This document shows positions 1 through 12,792 of a DNA stretch of 54,323 nucleotides, in pieces (the stretch's first letter is position 1; the number at the start of each line of letters is the position of its first letter). The stretch comes from Octopus bimaculoides (taxonomy: Eukaryota): positions 20,019,648 through 20,073,970 of the forward strand of contig NC_069000.1 of assembly GCF_001194135.2 (NCBI RefSeq). The letters run 5' to 3'. A program made the translations under genes and the position numbers. The notes beneath the pieces were generated by a model that ran no database searches, was not told where the DNA came from, and saw only the letters and a program-made list of their open reading frames with translations.

Positions 1-35
1 ACACACACACACACACAACACACACACATACATAT

Positions 36-190
36 GACGGGCTTCTTTCAATTTCCGTTTTGCCAAATCCACTCGCACAGTCTTGATCGACCCAAAGCTA
101 TAATAGAAGACATACGCCTAAGGTGCCACGCAATGGGAATGAACCTGGAGCTATGTGGTGGAGAAGCAAGCTTCTTACCACACGTACATT
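36..190 (-). mobile_element. tRNA-derived SINE family 1, 5' half
   Basis: Reverse complement matches the head seen at 7951, 23692, 36469 and 40251 (TGTGGTAAG..GCTTGCTT..CCACAT..TCC.GGTTCA..CCCA.TGCGTGGCACCTT..GC..GGAAA.TGAAAGAAGCCCGTC); abuts a (CA)n tract. Confidence 0.8.
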
Positions 191-622
191 GCTGGTGGGA
201 ATCAGCTTGTAACAGAGTATGATCACTTCCTTAACTCAGTGACTTCTTGCAGATGTTCCGAGGGTTCAAGAGTAGACAAAGTGATACACAACACTGAACC
301 CACTTCTGAGCGCGGTCAGCAATGAAACCAGTAGCTGAAGAGAGGTTGAGACGATCAGAAACCAACAACACTTTCTTCCCTTTATATGAATGTTCCTTCT
401 GCTAGAAGGAAGTTTTAGCCAGAACTAGGGGTTGCTCATGTCCCTTGGTTTAATGCTTATTAAGGTCCCGTAGCTGGGGCCTTAACAAGTGCTACTATTC
501 TGGGTCAGAGTAAACTTGGGGCTAATAGTGGCTAAGAGAAATCCCTGGAACTCTCATACCATGGCCCCACTACCAAATGCAGTTTACAGTCATACCCAAG
601 ACATGCTTTTTCACTCACACAT

Positions 623-686
<64 letters not shown>

Positions 687-1139
687 NNNNNNNNNNNNNN
701 NNNNNNNNNNNNNNNNNNNNNNNNNNNNNNNNNNNNNNNNNNNNNNNNNNNNNNNNNNNNNNNNNNNNNNNNNNNNNNNNNNNNNNNNNNNNNNNNNNNN
801 NNNNNNNNNNNNNNNNNNNNNNNNNNNNNNNNNNNNNNNNNNNNNNNNNNNNNNNNNNNNNNNNNNNNNNNNNNNNNNNNNNNNNNNNNNNNNNNNNNNN
901 NNNNNNNNNNNNNNNNNNNNNNNNNNNNNNNNNNNNNNNNNNNNNNNNNNNNNNNNNNNNNNNNNNNNNNNNNNNNNNNNNNNNNNNNNNNNNNNNNNNN
1001 NNNNNNNNNNNNNNNNNNNNNNNNNNNNNNNNNNNNNNNNNNNNNNNNNNNNNNNNNNNNNNNNNNNNTTATATGTTAATTAAATAATCAAATAATTAAT
1101 TAATCTTTTTTTCTTTTTACTGTAATATGAGTCCGATGT

Positions 1140-1201
<62 letters not shown>

Positions 1202-1355
1202 ATGATAACGATGGTGATGAGTACGACGAGGAAGAAGAAGAAGGTGAAGAAGGAAAGTTGTAGGAGAAAGAAAGAAAGAAAATAAGAAAATAGATGTGAC
1301 TAAGAAGTTTATGTACGTAAACAAAAACGGTTTGACTTAACTGCCAGTACCACAC

Positions 1356-1399
<44 letters not shown>

Positions 1400-1409
1400 N
1401 NNNNNNNNN

Positions 1410-1445
<36 letters not shown>

Positions 1446-1539
1446 TGTAGTGTGTATGAGTGGATTAAAATGTTTTAAAATGGCCGAACAAGCGTGAAGC
1501 ACGCTGTGGGATCATGACGGCTATGAAGCTACCACTGGT

Positions 1540-1960
1540 ATGAAGATTTGACAAACTCAAGAGATGGTTCTGGCAAACCGACGAATGACCATTGATGAGG
1601 TGGCATGTTATCTGCAAATTGGTCATGGCTCTGCATACGGAACCCTCTGCAACAAACTTCAATTCCGTAAAGTCTGAACGAGTTTGATGCCAAGGAAGTT
1701 TACCCAAGCGCATAAGAGCTGGAAATCATGGAGATCTGTCAACGCTTTTTTTTACCACTACAACGATGAAGGCGAAGCTATTTGGGAGAGAAAAGTCACA
1801 GATGAAACCAGGGTCCATAATTTTGAGCCGGAATCCAAAAGGTAGAGTACGGTAGGGAACACCCGGAATTCCAATGAAAAAGTAACTCAGGACTCAACCT
1901 CCAGAAGAAATATTGATGCTAACCGTTTTTTTTTTGTGACACAAAAAGGCTTAGACGGGT
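1540..1960 (+). mobile_element. Degenerate mariner transposase fragment
   Basis: Broken frames read QEMVLANRRMTIDEVACYLQIGHGSAY...KLQFRKV, a decayed WVPR motif and VT-DETRVHNFEPESKR (cf. TGDETWVHxYEPESK). Confidence 0.8.
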
Positions 1961-2039
1961 TTGCAGTCATCAGTGTAGGCTGAAGTGAAATGCTGGCCAT
2001 CAAACTGAAACTAGCGACTCAAACCAAATGCCGAAATCT

Positions 2040-3536
2040 ATGGTTAAATCAAGTGTTGTTTTTGCCACCAACACGTATTCTAAAGAAATACGAGTTGGTG
2101 GCTGTGGCGAAAATCAAGGCCGACAAGTCCGTTGGTTTGTTCATGCCGTCGGACAGCGTTGTTGTACGCTAGACTAACTGGCCAGTTATAATGTAAGCAG
2201 AGTGGCTAGTCTTGCCCAGAAATGGGCAGAGAGGAAACTGTCCCTGAAAGGTCGTGCAGAAGTGGTGAATGCCTATATCGCCTAGTCGCCATGGCTTGTC
2301 TCAACTACTGCTGTATCTGATTATAGAGCGTCTGTTATTTAGTTTCCTATGGAAGGGATGCATTCGAATAATCAAGAGATCAATCTGCTGCCAATACCCT
2401 CGACGTTGCGACTTAAACATGCCGTGGCTGCTAATACGCAGATATACGCTTCGGCTGTGTCATTTGTAACGATTTCTAGAAGGTGAATGTGTATGAGCTT
2501 TATTCTTGAGGCCCGTCTTTCTGCAATCCGTCTCCTTAATGGACCTACAGTTCTGGGTAAAGGAAAGACTGACCCTGGGCGCTTGGCACATAGAATGTCG
2601 TAAGGTACTCATAACTTTCAACAAGTTGGGCAATGGATCCTTGGATATTCTAATTTAGCAATTTATTGAAGATTAATGATAGGGAAGCGTGACCACGTTT
2701 TCGGGGAGACTCTGGGTGCCGACGGAAACGAACTGATCAGTCTGCTCTGTAGGACTTGCCGGTCGGGGATTGCCAAGGATAGTTTCCAGAAGTCCTTGGC
2801 TTGATCGTGCTTCCAATGGACGCTACCGGCTCAGGTTATATTTTACAGGCACGTATGTACTGTCATATGGGTGTGTACAAGATGAGCGCACAGAGAAAAA
2901 GCCATTCTACTTGTTCTGAAGTTATGTCGAAAAGCTGCTGTCGTGTGTAGGACGGATTCGTCAATCAAGCGAGGCAATAGTGATGATAGTCTCTCTGCCC
3001 TCCTTTAAACGAGCAGGTAAGGCAGTTTTCTTTTGTCTGATGGATATGTCAAAAGAGATTGTCTGGTGGACAAGGTTGAAAGGTATGAGGATAGAGACAT
3101 TGCTCTTTGGTAGAGTCTTCATCAACTTTTTCAAATTTCACTTGAAAAATAAAGTGAGGGTTGGGAGGGGGGAGGTATTGACCCCGAGTGAATTTAGTCA
3201 AACGTGGGTATAAGTATCAAAAAATGGCAAAAGTGGATGGTATCACTTTAAAAATTAGCTTGTGAGTCGGAGAACACTTGTCCTTGGTGTTCGGGAAGAT
3301 GGTGGCGTATCCCGATTAGTCCTAGAGGTTCTCATGTATCAGGAGAATCGCATCACTATCACATGTTTATTTACCAGTGTAACTATGTATACTTTTCTTT
3401 TGTTTATACTGTGGACCGTGTACACTTTCCACCCTTGTTTATATATATATTGCCCTATTCTATGTAAATCTCCACACTATATGCCTGTCTTTGTAATGTC
3501 CCTTCATCCGACACCCTAATAACAAGTAAAAGAAAT
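2040..3536 (+). mobile_element. 5'-truncated Tx1/L1-clade non-LTR retrotransposon (ORF2 C-terminal half plus 3' UTR)
   Basis: Peptides YELVAVAKIKADKSVGL, IERLLFSFLWKG..IKRSICCQYP, SKEIVWWTRLKG...INFFKFHLKNKVRV..EVLTPSEF; the 3' UTR ends GTAAAAGAAAT followed by TACTATTATTG. Confidence 0.8.
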
Positions 3537-3548
3537 TACTATTATTGT

Positions 3549-3645
3549 TGAGTAAGAGAGAAGCGCGTGCCATCAAAGTGACGCCGGGGTAGAATATACA
3601 AATCGCAATATAACCATTATGACTACTCATCTGTAGCTGCAAAAA
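3549..3645 (-). mobile_element. Terminal fragment of the ~550-bp TAA-flanked non-coding element
   Basis: GAGTAAGAGAG..GTGCCATCAAAGTGAC..GGGGTAGAATATAC matches 44605-44700 and the reverse complement of 29950-30049. Confidence 0.75.
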
Positions 3646-3669
3646 AGGTTAAATCAAAAGCAAAGTAAA

Positions 3670-4560
3670 ATGCGTTTGAATAATTGCCTGAAAAGTGGGA
3701 ACAAATACTGCTGCATGGTAAATATGCGGCCCATAGCAAACAAGCTGATGTAGACCAGAAGCACACCCATCAGTGGTTATGGAGATCAGGGCTAAAGGCA
3801 GAAAGTGAAGGCTATATCATGGCTGCCCAAGATCAGAGCTTATCGACGCAGAACTATCAAGCCAATGTGATGAAAAATGGTGTAGACCCAAAATGCCGAT
3901 ACTGCAACGATGGGATAGAAACAGTGGACCATCTAATCTCTGGTTGTAAGGTTTCAGCACCTGTAGAGTACAAATCACATGACAGAGTTAACCAATATCT
4001 ACGCCGGAAAACGTGTCAGTATTATAAAATCAAAACCGCTGTAACTGAGGGAGAAAATGCAACTATTCTTGGGGACTTCCCAGTATGTACAAACTGAACC
4101 ATCAAGGCAAATAAACCAGATATTGATGTGAAAGACCAAAACAATAAAGTCTGTTTATTGATTGACATGAGCATACCCTGTGACCATAATATCTCGGCAA
4201 AAGAATTTGATGAGCTCAGAAAATATAAAGATTTCCTCATCGAAATCGAAAAGGTGTAGCATCTCAAGACGGTTACCATTTATGCAGGAAGTGCAAAAGA
4301 TTGTCTAAACTGGTACGTCACACGTATTGAGAAGAGCTTGTTGCTGTGAATTTTCTTTCCCTTTTCCCCTTTATTTTCTTTGTCTACTTTTTTATTTTCT
4401 ATTTTTCTCTCTGTCTTTCTTCCCCTTTTACTCTATTACATGACTTTGTAAATGGTCAATTTGGTGTGTTTATTTTAATGGCCTACCAATGTATACAGTG
4501 CGTTTCTCTCTCCTAGGTGTCAGGAAGACACTCGGCAAAAAATGGAAACGAAATTGAAAG
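3670..4560 (+). mobile_element. RLE (R4/Dong-like) retrotransposon 3' fragment, 3' UTR type G
   Basis: LHGKY..GLKAESEGYIMAAQDQSL..CRYC..ETVDHLISGC zinc knuckle; KPDIDVKD..CLLIDMSIP (PD..D nuclease motif); the 3' UTR runs into GATAAT/(AAT)n. Confidence 0.9.
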
Positions 4561-4587
4561 AAGATGATAATGAAAATAATAATAATA

Positions 4588-5124
4588 GCCAACACTATGG
4601 AATAGCAACAGAAAAGATGGTATAGGCATACGCTAGAAAAGGTCACACAAAATGAGAAAGCAATCATACTCTGGGATATGCCAATACACACAGATAGAGA
4701 AATTAAGGCTAATATACCGGACATAGTTGTCAGAGATTACCAAGGAAAAATGCTTTCTAATCGATGTACCAATACCAACAGATAACAATGTTTCTCTAAA
4801 ACAAACGGAAAAACTTTAAAAATATAAAGATTTTAAAATAGAGGTAACTCGAATGCGGAATCTAAAAGCAGAAACAATTCATATTATAGTGGCTGCATTA
4901 GGCATGATAAAATAATATTCAGACAAATCCATAATAAAAACAGCATTGACAAACAAGTATATATAACATACAGAAAATAGCACAACTAAGCACTGCACGC
5001 ATCCTACGTAAAACACTTTCAATACAGTAAAATTAAGAGCATCACAGCAAACCACAACACATACCAAAGCCACACAGAGCTGCGCTCGGAAGTGAAGTGA
5101 AAGCACGTTATGAAAATTAGACTA

Positions 5125-5127
<3 letters not shown>
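4588..5127 (+). mobile_element. RLE retrotransposon 3' fragment, 3' UTR type A
   Basis: ILWDMPIHTDREIKANIPDIVV..FLIDVPIPTDNNVS..STARILRKTL; (AAT)n at both the 5' junction and the 3' end. Confidence 0.9.
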
Positions 5128-5191
<64 letters not shown>

Positions 5192-5199
5192 TTAATAAT

Positions 5200-5231
<32 letters not shown>

Positions 5232-5235
5232 CGAC

Positions 5236-5276
<41 letters not shown>

Positions 5277-5290
5277 GGAGGATGATGATC
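5128..5290. repeat. Compound microsatellite (TAA)n(CAA)n(GAT)n between two RLE copies
   Basis: Read directly. Confidence 0.95.
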
Positions 5291-6115
5291 AATTGCCAGG
5301 ACTGTATAGAAGCAGAGGAAAACAACTTAGGGTGGTATATAAAAAAATGTCGTTGTGCCACTGCTGAAACTCACGAAGGCCGGCGTCATCAAAACTGTAA
5401 ACTGAAAATTGCACAGCTTAGGAAGAAGCGTTAAGTACCAATTATATGAAGTACAGAATAGACAATACTACCGATAGCGACAAATGTAGAATGTGTGGTG
5501 AGAGGGGTGAAAAGGTATGGCACATCGTTAGCGAATGCCCGAAATTGGAACAACGCAAATACAAACTACGCCATGACAATGTGGCAAGAATGATCCATTG
5601 GGAGCTTTGTGGAAATCAAGGCCTACAAAGAGCAAAGACGTGGTCTGAGCAAACCCAAGAAAGAGTCACTGAAAATAAGAACTGCAAAATCCTGTGCGAT
5701 CACTTGACTAGACATCGGAAACCGGACATTGTTGTGGCGAATAAAAAACAAAGAACATGTACGATAATCGCCATAGCATGCCTCGGTGACAACAGGATCA
5801 ACGTGAAAGAAGAAAAATAAACAACTTTGACGGTTTTAAGTGGAAAATACGAAGGTTGTGATCAATGAGGAGATTAGACCAATAGCAATTGGTGCACTTG
5901 GAAGTATCAGCACTCAACGAACAACATGGCTGAAAAAGACTGGTGCAACTGTGAAGGCAGAACACCTACAAAAATCAGCATTGCTTGGAACTGCAAGAAT
6001 TCTTCGCTGAGTTCTTGAAGCATGACCAGTAAACAAATGTCACCTTAATCTGCTGGCTGTAGACAGCAAACATTTTCCATCTTACTCAACAAAATAAGCT
6101 GTGAGCTTTCATCAC
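5291..6115 (+). mobile_element. RLE retrotransposon 3' fragment, 3' UTR type B
   Basis: ORF 5446-5820: KCRMCGERGEKVWHIVSEC..RHDNVARMIHWELC..RKPDIVV; C-terminal ALLGTARILR; ends in (TAA)n at 6116-6255. Confidence 0.9.
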
Positions 6116-6203
<88 letters not shown>

Positions 6204-7618
6204 TAATAATAGCAATAATAATAATAATAATTAATATTATTATTATAACAATAATACTTTCTTTACAGGCCACCGGGGCCTATAATAATGGACATTAGAA
6301 TGTGATTGCTTGTAACATGGATAGTGGTAGAAAAACAAGAAAACAGTCAAGACAGTCAACATAGCGTGTAACAAAGATTATCTTCCAATCAAAAGATTGA
6401 TTCGTCAACTCTATAGTTTCTTGTGAATGATCCGGAAAATGTGTGAATAATTATGAAACTCCTTATTATTATGCATAATCTTTTTACTTGAGCCTACCTG
6501 GTGCCCAACCGTTTTGAAATTCAAAGTTAGATTACATAACTATATTCATTCTCTTAAATACAAAAGAAAACTGCACTTTGTTGGCTGAATTCAAAGGTAG
6601 GAATATAGATTACTGTACTTCATGGTTTATTATAGGTAGCACCCTTCCTTACAGAGGATGTGGTGTGAGCTTTAATCTGTACTTGGTGGAGGCATAATTA
6701 ACTGTAAGTCCAACCTAATTAACCTAATAACAGCGTGTTATTAATGAGTTGTTTTCATTTATTTAACAAAATATTTTAAAAGATTTTCATACAAAAATCC
6801 CAAATAATTAACTTACCTAGGTGTAAATAAAATTAATGACTACATCATCTTTTTAGGGATTATTCCTCTTCCTTCTTAAATTATCTATTATCTAACATAC
6901 CAAGTACTGTTTCCCTAACTAATTTTTAATCTTTAATCTAATCATTAACTTTTGCACCTACCAGTTTAATTTTATTTAATTGAATTAGCTTCAACCGTAG
7001 TAAACCCGATATTCCTCATACGAAATAGAAAAGCAGATAATTGACTTATACAGCTACTATGTACCCAGTTGACCTTCTCCCGTTCCCTGTTGTTATTAGC
7101 TTATAAATCACCCTACTGCAGATTGGCCAGAAAATACATTTGTTAGTAGTAATCTTCTCTGAGCTATGTCTTCACAGAGTAACATGCTCCCACACTTGAT
7201 GACATCTTGACCCCCCAGGACTGTGAATTTGCCAAGTATATAATAAATGAAATAAAAAGATAATTAGCCATGTCTGTTATCTACAATCCCACTTCTACAA
7301 GTTTGTTTGTAGCACAATCTGAAAATCTACCAATTAAATTTAAACTCGAAAGAAAATGATTAGGGACTAACTGAACGATTGGTTAATTGAATAATTGATT
7401 ATTAATTGATTGATTTAGTATATTAGCCATTGTATAACGAGGAAACAGCTTCTCAAGCCATTCGATATGTTCGTATCAGTGAATACAGTGATGTATATAT
7501 ACATACATCTATACATGATCACATGCAAACATAAATACACACATACATACAAACAAGCATGCATACACGAACACACATATATGTAGATGCATATATATAT
7601 ATGTATGTATATATATGC

Positions 7619-7669
<51 letters not shown>

Positions 7670-7719
7670 CACTCATATATATATGTGTGTGTGTGTGTGT
7701 GTTTGTGTCTGTGTTTCTG

Positions 7720-7900
7720 TTAAATAAAATGAGACAAGAAAGCCGAGGCTGAGTGGAATTTTCAGGACATTTATAAAGAGAAAGGTAGTCTTACAGCTGT
7801 TTCTGAGATGTTAGGGATATCCCTTCATCAGAGACGATGTAAGACGATTAAATAGAGGGAAATATCAGAGTTCAATACAAGGAGTTATTTTGGAAAAGGA
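7720..7900 (-). mobile_element. Penelope-like element 3' end / pseudo-LTR remnant
   Basis: Carries a minimal hammerhead motif just after a short LNSDISLY-like ORF tail; the architecture resembles 54040-54140. Confidence 0.55.
7788..7835 (-). ncRNA. Minimal type I hammerhead ribozyme motif
   Basis: Minus strand reads GTCT-CTGATGA-A-GGGAT..ATCTC-A-GAAAC-AGCT-GTA-AGAC: helix I GTCT/AGAC, palindromic helix III CAGCTG, GUA cleavage triplet. Confidence 0.75.
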
Positions 7901-7950
7901 AGGAAATAGGAAGTATAAAGGGAAATAAGAGAATACAAGTAAAAATAAAA

Positions 7951-8038
7951 ATAGGCGCAGGAGTGACTGTGTGGTAAGTAGCTTGCTTACCAACCACATG
8001 GTTCCGGGTTCATTCCCACTGCGTGGCACCTTGGGCAA
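7951..8038 (+). mobile_element. SINE family 1 head
   Basis: TAGGCGCAGGAGTGACTGTGTGGTAAG..GGTTCATTCCC..CACCTTGGGCAAG: A/B-box-like motifs plus a CORE-like motif. Confidence 0.85.
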
Positions 8039-8051
8039 GAGTAGAAAGTGT

Positions 8052-8220
8052 CTCAATTTGATCGACCCCAGTATGCAACTGGTACTTAATTTATCGACAC
8101 CCGAGAAGATGAAAGGCAAAGTCGACCTCGGCGGAATTTGAACCCAGAACGTAAGGACAAACTACATGCCGCTAATTATTTTGCCCGGCGTGCTAACGAT
8201 TCTGCAGGCTCACCACCTTG
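8052..8220 (-). mobile_element. tRNA-derived SINE family 2
   Basis: Reverse complement has a GGTGGTGAGCCTGCAGAATCGTTAGCACGCCGG head, GGGTTCAAATTCCGCC B box and central GTCGACTTTGCCTTTCATC..GTCGATAAA..GTACCAG domain. Confidence 0.85.
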
Positions 8221-8908
8221 CATCCCTTTCTATTAAATCCCGTTGTGTAACTTTTAACGTTTCCAAAATTGCCAAAATAAGTACCACTTACCACTGAAAT
8301 CTTGACTCCTACACAATCTGTGACCTTGTGCCAATTTTAGAAGTTACAATTATTATTTTTGTTTTGTTCGTTAATCTTTAACAACAATAACAACAACAAC
8401 AACAATACAAAATGGTGGACTTGGTTAAATTTCATTTGAAATAGCTCACAGGTTAGGAGAAGAGTAGANNNNNNNNNNNNNNNNNNNNNNNNNNNNNNNN
8501 NNNNNNNNNNNNNNNNNNNNNNNNNNNNNNNNNNNNNNNNNNNNNNNNNNNNNNNNNNNNNNNNNNNNNNNNNNNNNNNNNNNNNNNNNNNNNNNNNNNN
8601 NNNNNNNNNNNNNNNNNNNNNNNNNNNNNNNNNNNNNNNNNNNNNNNNNNNNNNNNNNNNNNNNNNNNNNNNNNNNNNNNNNNNNNNNNNNNNNNNNNNN
8701 NNNNNNNNNNNNNNNNNNNNNNNNNNNNNNNNNNNNNNNNNNNNNNNNNNNNNNNNNNNNNNNNNNNNNNNNNNNNNNNNNNNNNNNNNNNNNNNNNNNN
8801 NNNNNNNNNNNNNNNNNNNNNNNNNNNNNNNNNNNNNNNNNNNNNNNNNNNNNNNNNNNNNNNNNNNNNNNNNNNNNNNNNNNNNNNNNNNNNNNNNNNN
8901 NNNNNNNA

Positions 8909-9190
8909 AAACACCTAAAGCTCTACGAGGCTCCGGCAGGGGATGGTGGCGAACCCTGCTGTACTCTTTCACCACAACTTTCTCTCACTCTTACTTCCTG
9001 TTTCTATTGTGCCTGTAATTCAAAGGGCCAGCCTTGTCACTCTGTGTCACACTGAATATCCCCGAGAATTACGTTAAGGGTACACGTATCTGTGGAGTGC
9101 TCAGCCACTTGCACGTTAATTTCACGAGCAGGCTGTTCCGTTGATTTGATCAACTGGAGCCCTCGTCGTCGTAAGCGACGGAGTGCCAAC
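8909..9190 (+). mobile_element. SINE family 3-related copy, 3' part
   Basis: TTCAAAGGGCCAGCC..GTTAAGGGTACACGT.TCTGTGGAGTG.TCAGCCAC..TTAATTTCACGAGCA..GACGGAGTGCCA is shared with 52320-52480. Confidence 0.8.
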
Positions 9191-9491
9191 AATAGTATAT
9201 CTACTACATGATCTAAGGTATCCTATTCTTTTTCTTTTTACAACAGTAAGTTGTAATTTTAGAGATTTAGATACTATGCCTAGCAGTTTGTGTCCGCAGT
9301 TTATATTCAAAATAAATTTTAAAAAATGACACCGTCATCAAGCAGAGCCAACGAATGAACCTCTGTACGGTCGTACAATTTGCTAGAAATAGCAACCAAA
9401 TTTCCCTCATGCTTCGCGCTTGCTATGACATAATGGATAATGTAGTCTGGTGTACGAAATAAAGAAAAAGTCATGGCTGGAATGAGATGCT

Positions 9492-9890
9492 GGGAATTTT
9501 ATCCTTTACTTTTTTCATTCATTGTACGGCGATCACACTGGCACACCACTTTGAAGCGTTTTTAGTCGGACAAATTAGCCTCAGTATTTTGTAAAGCCTA
9601 GTACTTATTCTATCGGAATCTTTTTGCTGAACCGCTAAGGGACGGGGAAACAAAAACTCAAATATATTCATACATACACAAATATGTACTTGTACACACA
9701 CACACGTATAGATATACAATGACTTCTTTTAGTTTCCCTCTACCAAGTCTACTCTCAAGGCTTCGGTCAGCATGAGGCTATTGTAAAAGACTCTTGCTTA
9801 AGGTGCCACGCAATGGAATCAAACCTGGAACCGTGTAGTTGGAAAGTGAAAATCGTATCTCAGTGCCACATCTTGCGCCTCTACACAGCC
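9492..9890 (-). mobile_element. SINE family 1, degenerate full-length copy with internal microsatellite
   Basis: Both the head (AGGCGCAAG..GCGTGGCACCTT) and the tail (CTTAGCGGTTCAGCAAAA..AATAAGTACTAGGCTT) are present on the minus strand. Confidence 0.75.
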
Positions 9891-10029
9891 ATCCCTGCGC
9901 CTATGATCACAAAGTAGGAGGAAAATTTGTCAAAAGTGATTGAAAATATTTTAGGATTTGATAAGAAAACTGAGAAGCGTTTGAGAAACGTGATTAAAAT
10001 TACCCGAAGCCTTGAGAGTAGACTTGGTA

Positions 10030-10190
10030 GAGGGAAACAAAAAGAAGTCTTTGTATATCTATATCAAAGGAGCATTGGAAACATCAACACAAATATTGTT
10101 GAAGACACTGGGAAACACAGGAGCCATAATACAAAATGAGAAGTTAGAGGAAATTGCCATCTTGCGTATTCTCAAAGAATCTTTCACAAA
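10030..10190 (+). mobile_element. Ancient RLE C-terminal remnant
   Basis: IYIKGALETSTQILLKTLGNTG..EKLEEIAILRILKESF resembles the PVIxGALG..LQKxALLGTARILRKVL ending of the other copies. Confidence 0.4.
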
Positions 10191-10533
10191 GTTATTGAGA
10201 ATTAAGGAAAGACTCCTGCAGTCATTTAGTCCCAAGACAGTAATGAATTCGTGGAAACGACTTACATTGAATTTTGTTAAAGTAATGGATTATACTTCTA
10301 ACATAGAAGCAAATTCACATGTTTTCAGGGACATGAATGATAGTTCATTTTATGGTCCTCGGATGGAAAGAAGGAAAACTTGACCTCAGTGACATATAAA
10401 ATCAGAACATGAGATGTCTCTAAATACCACTACAATCTTATTGGATTTCGCCATCCCGTGTCAGTTATCGACCATGAGAGTTGTCAACAATATTCATGTT
10501 TCTTACATTGGTACAAAGACAAATATTTTGTAT

Positions 10534-10835
10534 GGAGCACAGTTTGTTATAAGATGGAGTGTGGTCAGTTATGAGATGAACTATAGTCAGCCGTGAGGAG
10601 CATAATAGTTGGTTGAGAGGTTGAGAATGGTTTGTTGTGGAGTACAGTTTGTTGTGAGGTAAATTATAAATTGTTCTGACGTGGAGTATGGTCTGCCCTG
10701 AGGTAGCGCAATGGCAGTTTTTAAAGGAAGTGAAGTTGGTTATAAGGTAAAGTATAATCGGCTGTTGCGTGGAGTACGGTCCGTTATCATGTGTAATCTG
10801 TTGTGAGGCGAGGTATAGTCTGTTATTTCGGAGAT
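10534..10835. repeat. Degenerate ~22-bp minisatellite, about 13-14 units
   Basis: Units such as GGAGCACAGTTTGTTATAAGAT, GGAGTGTGGTCAGTTATGAGAT, GGAGTACAGTTTGTTGTGAGGT, GGAGTATGGTCTGCCCTGAGGT. Confidence 0.7.
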
Positions 10836-12279
10836 TTTCGGCTGCATTATCTCATACACATTTAGAACTCATTTGGTGCAAACATCTTCCCTTTTTCCGT
10901 TGAATGAATATACATAGTTTCCTAACGATGAAAACAATAAATATTTTTGCATTCAAAAATCCCAACGGAATTTGTGCTCTTTCCGTCAAACTCAATTCGA
11001 TACCAAATCGTTCCGCTGATGACTAATTTACAGAAATATCTTATCGTTACAATTCTCTTCTAATTTCTGATGAGATGAGCTCATCCTACTCACCGACCAA
11101 AATTTTACATGAAACTGAGTCAAATTGTTATTAAATAATATACGTAACTCCTGTCAAATGTGATCAGTGTCGTTTTCTTTCGTTCTTCATACATTATACA
11201 GATTTATTGTTTTATTTTTTATGCACTTAGTGCTTCGAAAATTTCTTGTATGTAATAAGAACAAGGGCAATACTTTGTAGGGGCAAGAATTAGAATAGGT
11301 AGAATGAGAAGTAATGAAATATTTTACACATATTGTTTGATAATCAGACATTTTGCAATGGCATAGCGAAAATAAAATGGAAGTGTCCTCGTCTTGAACT
11401 TGAAACAGAACCCGAGCTTCCAAGATTGTGACTTAGTCAGAGAGGGGCGAATCGACCAATGACATTTTGCAAAACCCCACAAATTTGTTGAAGAAACCAC
11501 AAGTCAAGGCTTATCTTGAAATTGGGGATCTTAGTTGAAAGCATACGATAATATCTTATTTTACTTTAAACAGCTAAAAAAAACACAAAAAAAAACACTA
11601 AAGTTTACTATTTTAATGAATTCAATTTAAACTGAAAAATCGTTCATCCGTATTAAAAGAGAAACAATAATATGAATGCAAAGAAAAAAGGAGAAAAAAT
11701 GATAATGCGAAATATGAAAAATAAAAATGAAAAACTAGAAACTAAAATTGAATTNNNNNNNNNNNNNNNNNNNNNNNNNNNNNNNNNNNNNNNNNNNNNN
11801 NNNNNNNNNNNNNNNNNNNNNNNNNNNNNNNNNNNNNNNNNNNNNNNNNNNNNNNNNNNNNNNNNNNNNNNNNNNNNNNNNNNNNNNNNNNNNNNNNNNN
11901 NNNNNNNNNNNNNNNNNNNNNNNNNNNNNNNNNNNNNNNNNNNNNNNNNNNNNNNNNNNNNNNNNNNNNNNNNNNNNNNNNNNNNNNNNNNNNNNNNNNN
12001 NNNNNNNNNNNNNNNNNNNNNNNNNNNNNNNNNNNNNNNNNNNNNNNNNNNNNNNNNNNNNNNNNNNNNNNNNNNNNNNNNNNNNNNNNNNNNNNNNNNN
12101 NNNNNNNNNNNNNNNNNNNNNNNNTTCCGCCGGGGGTAACCATTCTCGCCAGCTCGCTACCTTACCAACAAATATAATATTAAATACCTTTTCGCATAAT
12201 AACACAGTGATAGTACACGCTATCGGTATAGTCGATTAAAGGTCTCAGGTATTATATACCTACTACTACTAATAATAAC

Positions 12280-12753
12280 GGTTTCAGATTTTGGCACAGG
12301 GCCGGAAATTTCGGGGGAGAGAAGTTGATCATATCAACGCCAGTGTTCAACTGGTATTTATTTCATCGCTCCGACAAGATGAAAGGCAAAGTCGACCTCG
12401 GCAGAATTTGAACTCAGAACGTAAAGATGGACGGCACGATAACGATTCTGCCGGCACGATAACGATTCTGCCAACTCACTGCCTTACGAATAAAAATAAG
12501 AACAACCGCAACAACAGCAGCAATAATAACAATCCTTTCTATTGAAGGCACAAGGCCTGCAATTTTGGGGAGGGGACTAGTCGATTACATGGATCCCAGT
12601 GTTTCAGTGGTACGTTTATTGACCCCAAAAAGATAAATGGTAAAGTCAATCTCGGCAGAATTTGAACTCAGAACGTAAAGGCGGAAAAATACTGCTAAAC
12701 ATTTCGCCCGGCGTGCTAACGATTGTGCCAGCTCACCGCCTTGAAGTAACAAC

Positions 12754-12792
<39 letters not shown>

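Noticed and set aside
328-372. CTGAAGA...GAAAC hammerhead-like string
   Set aside because: No convincing helix II, and no NUH site or helix I partner.
10534-10835. CRISPR-like array
   Set aside because: Units are contiguous and degenerate with no unique spacers, no cas genes, and a eukaryotic context.
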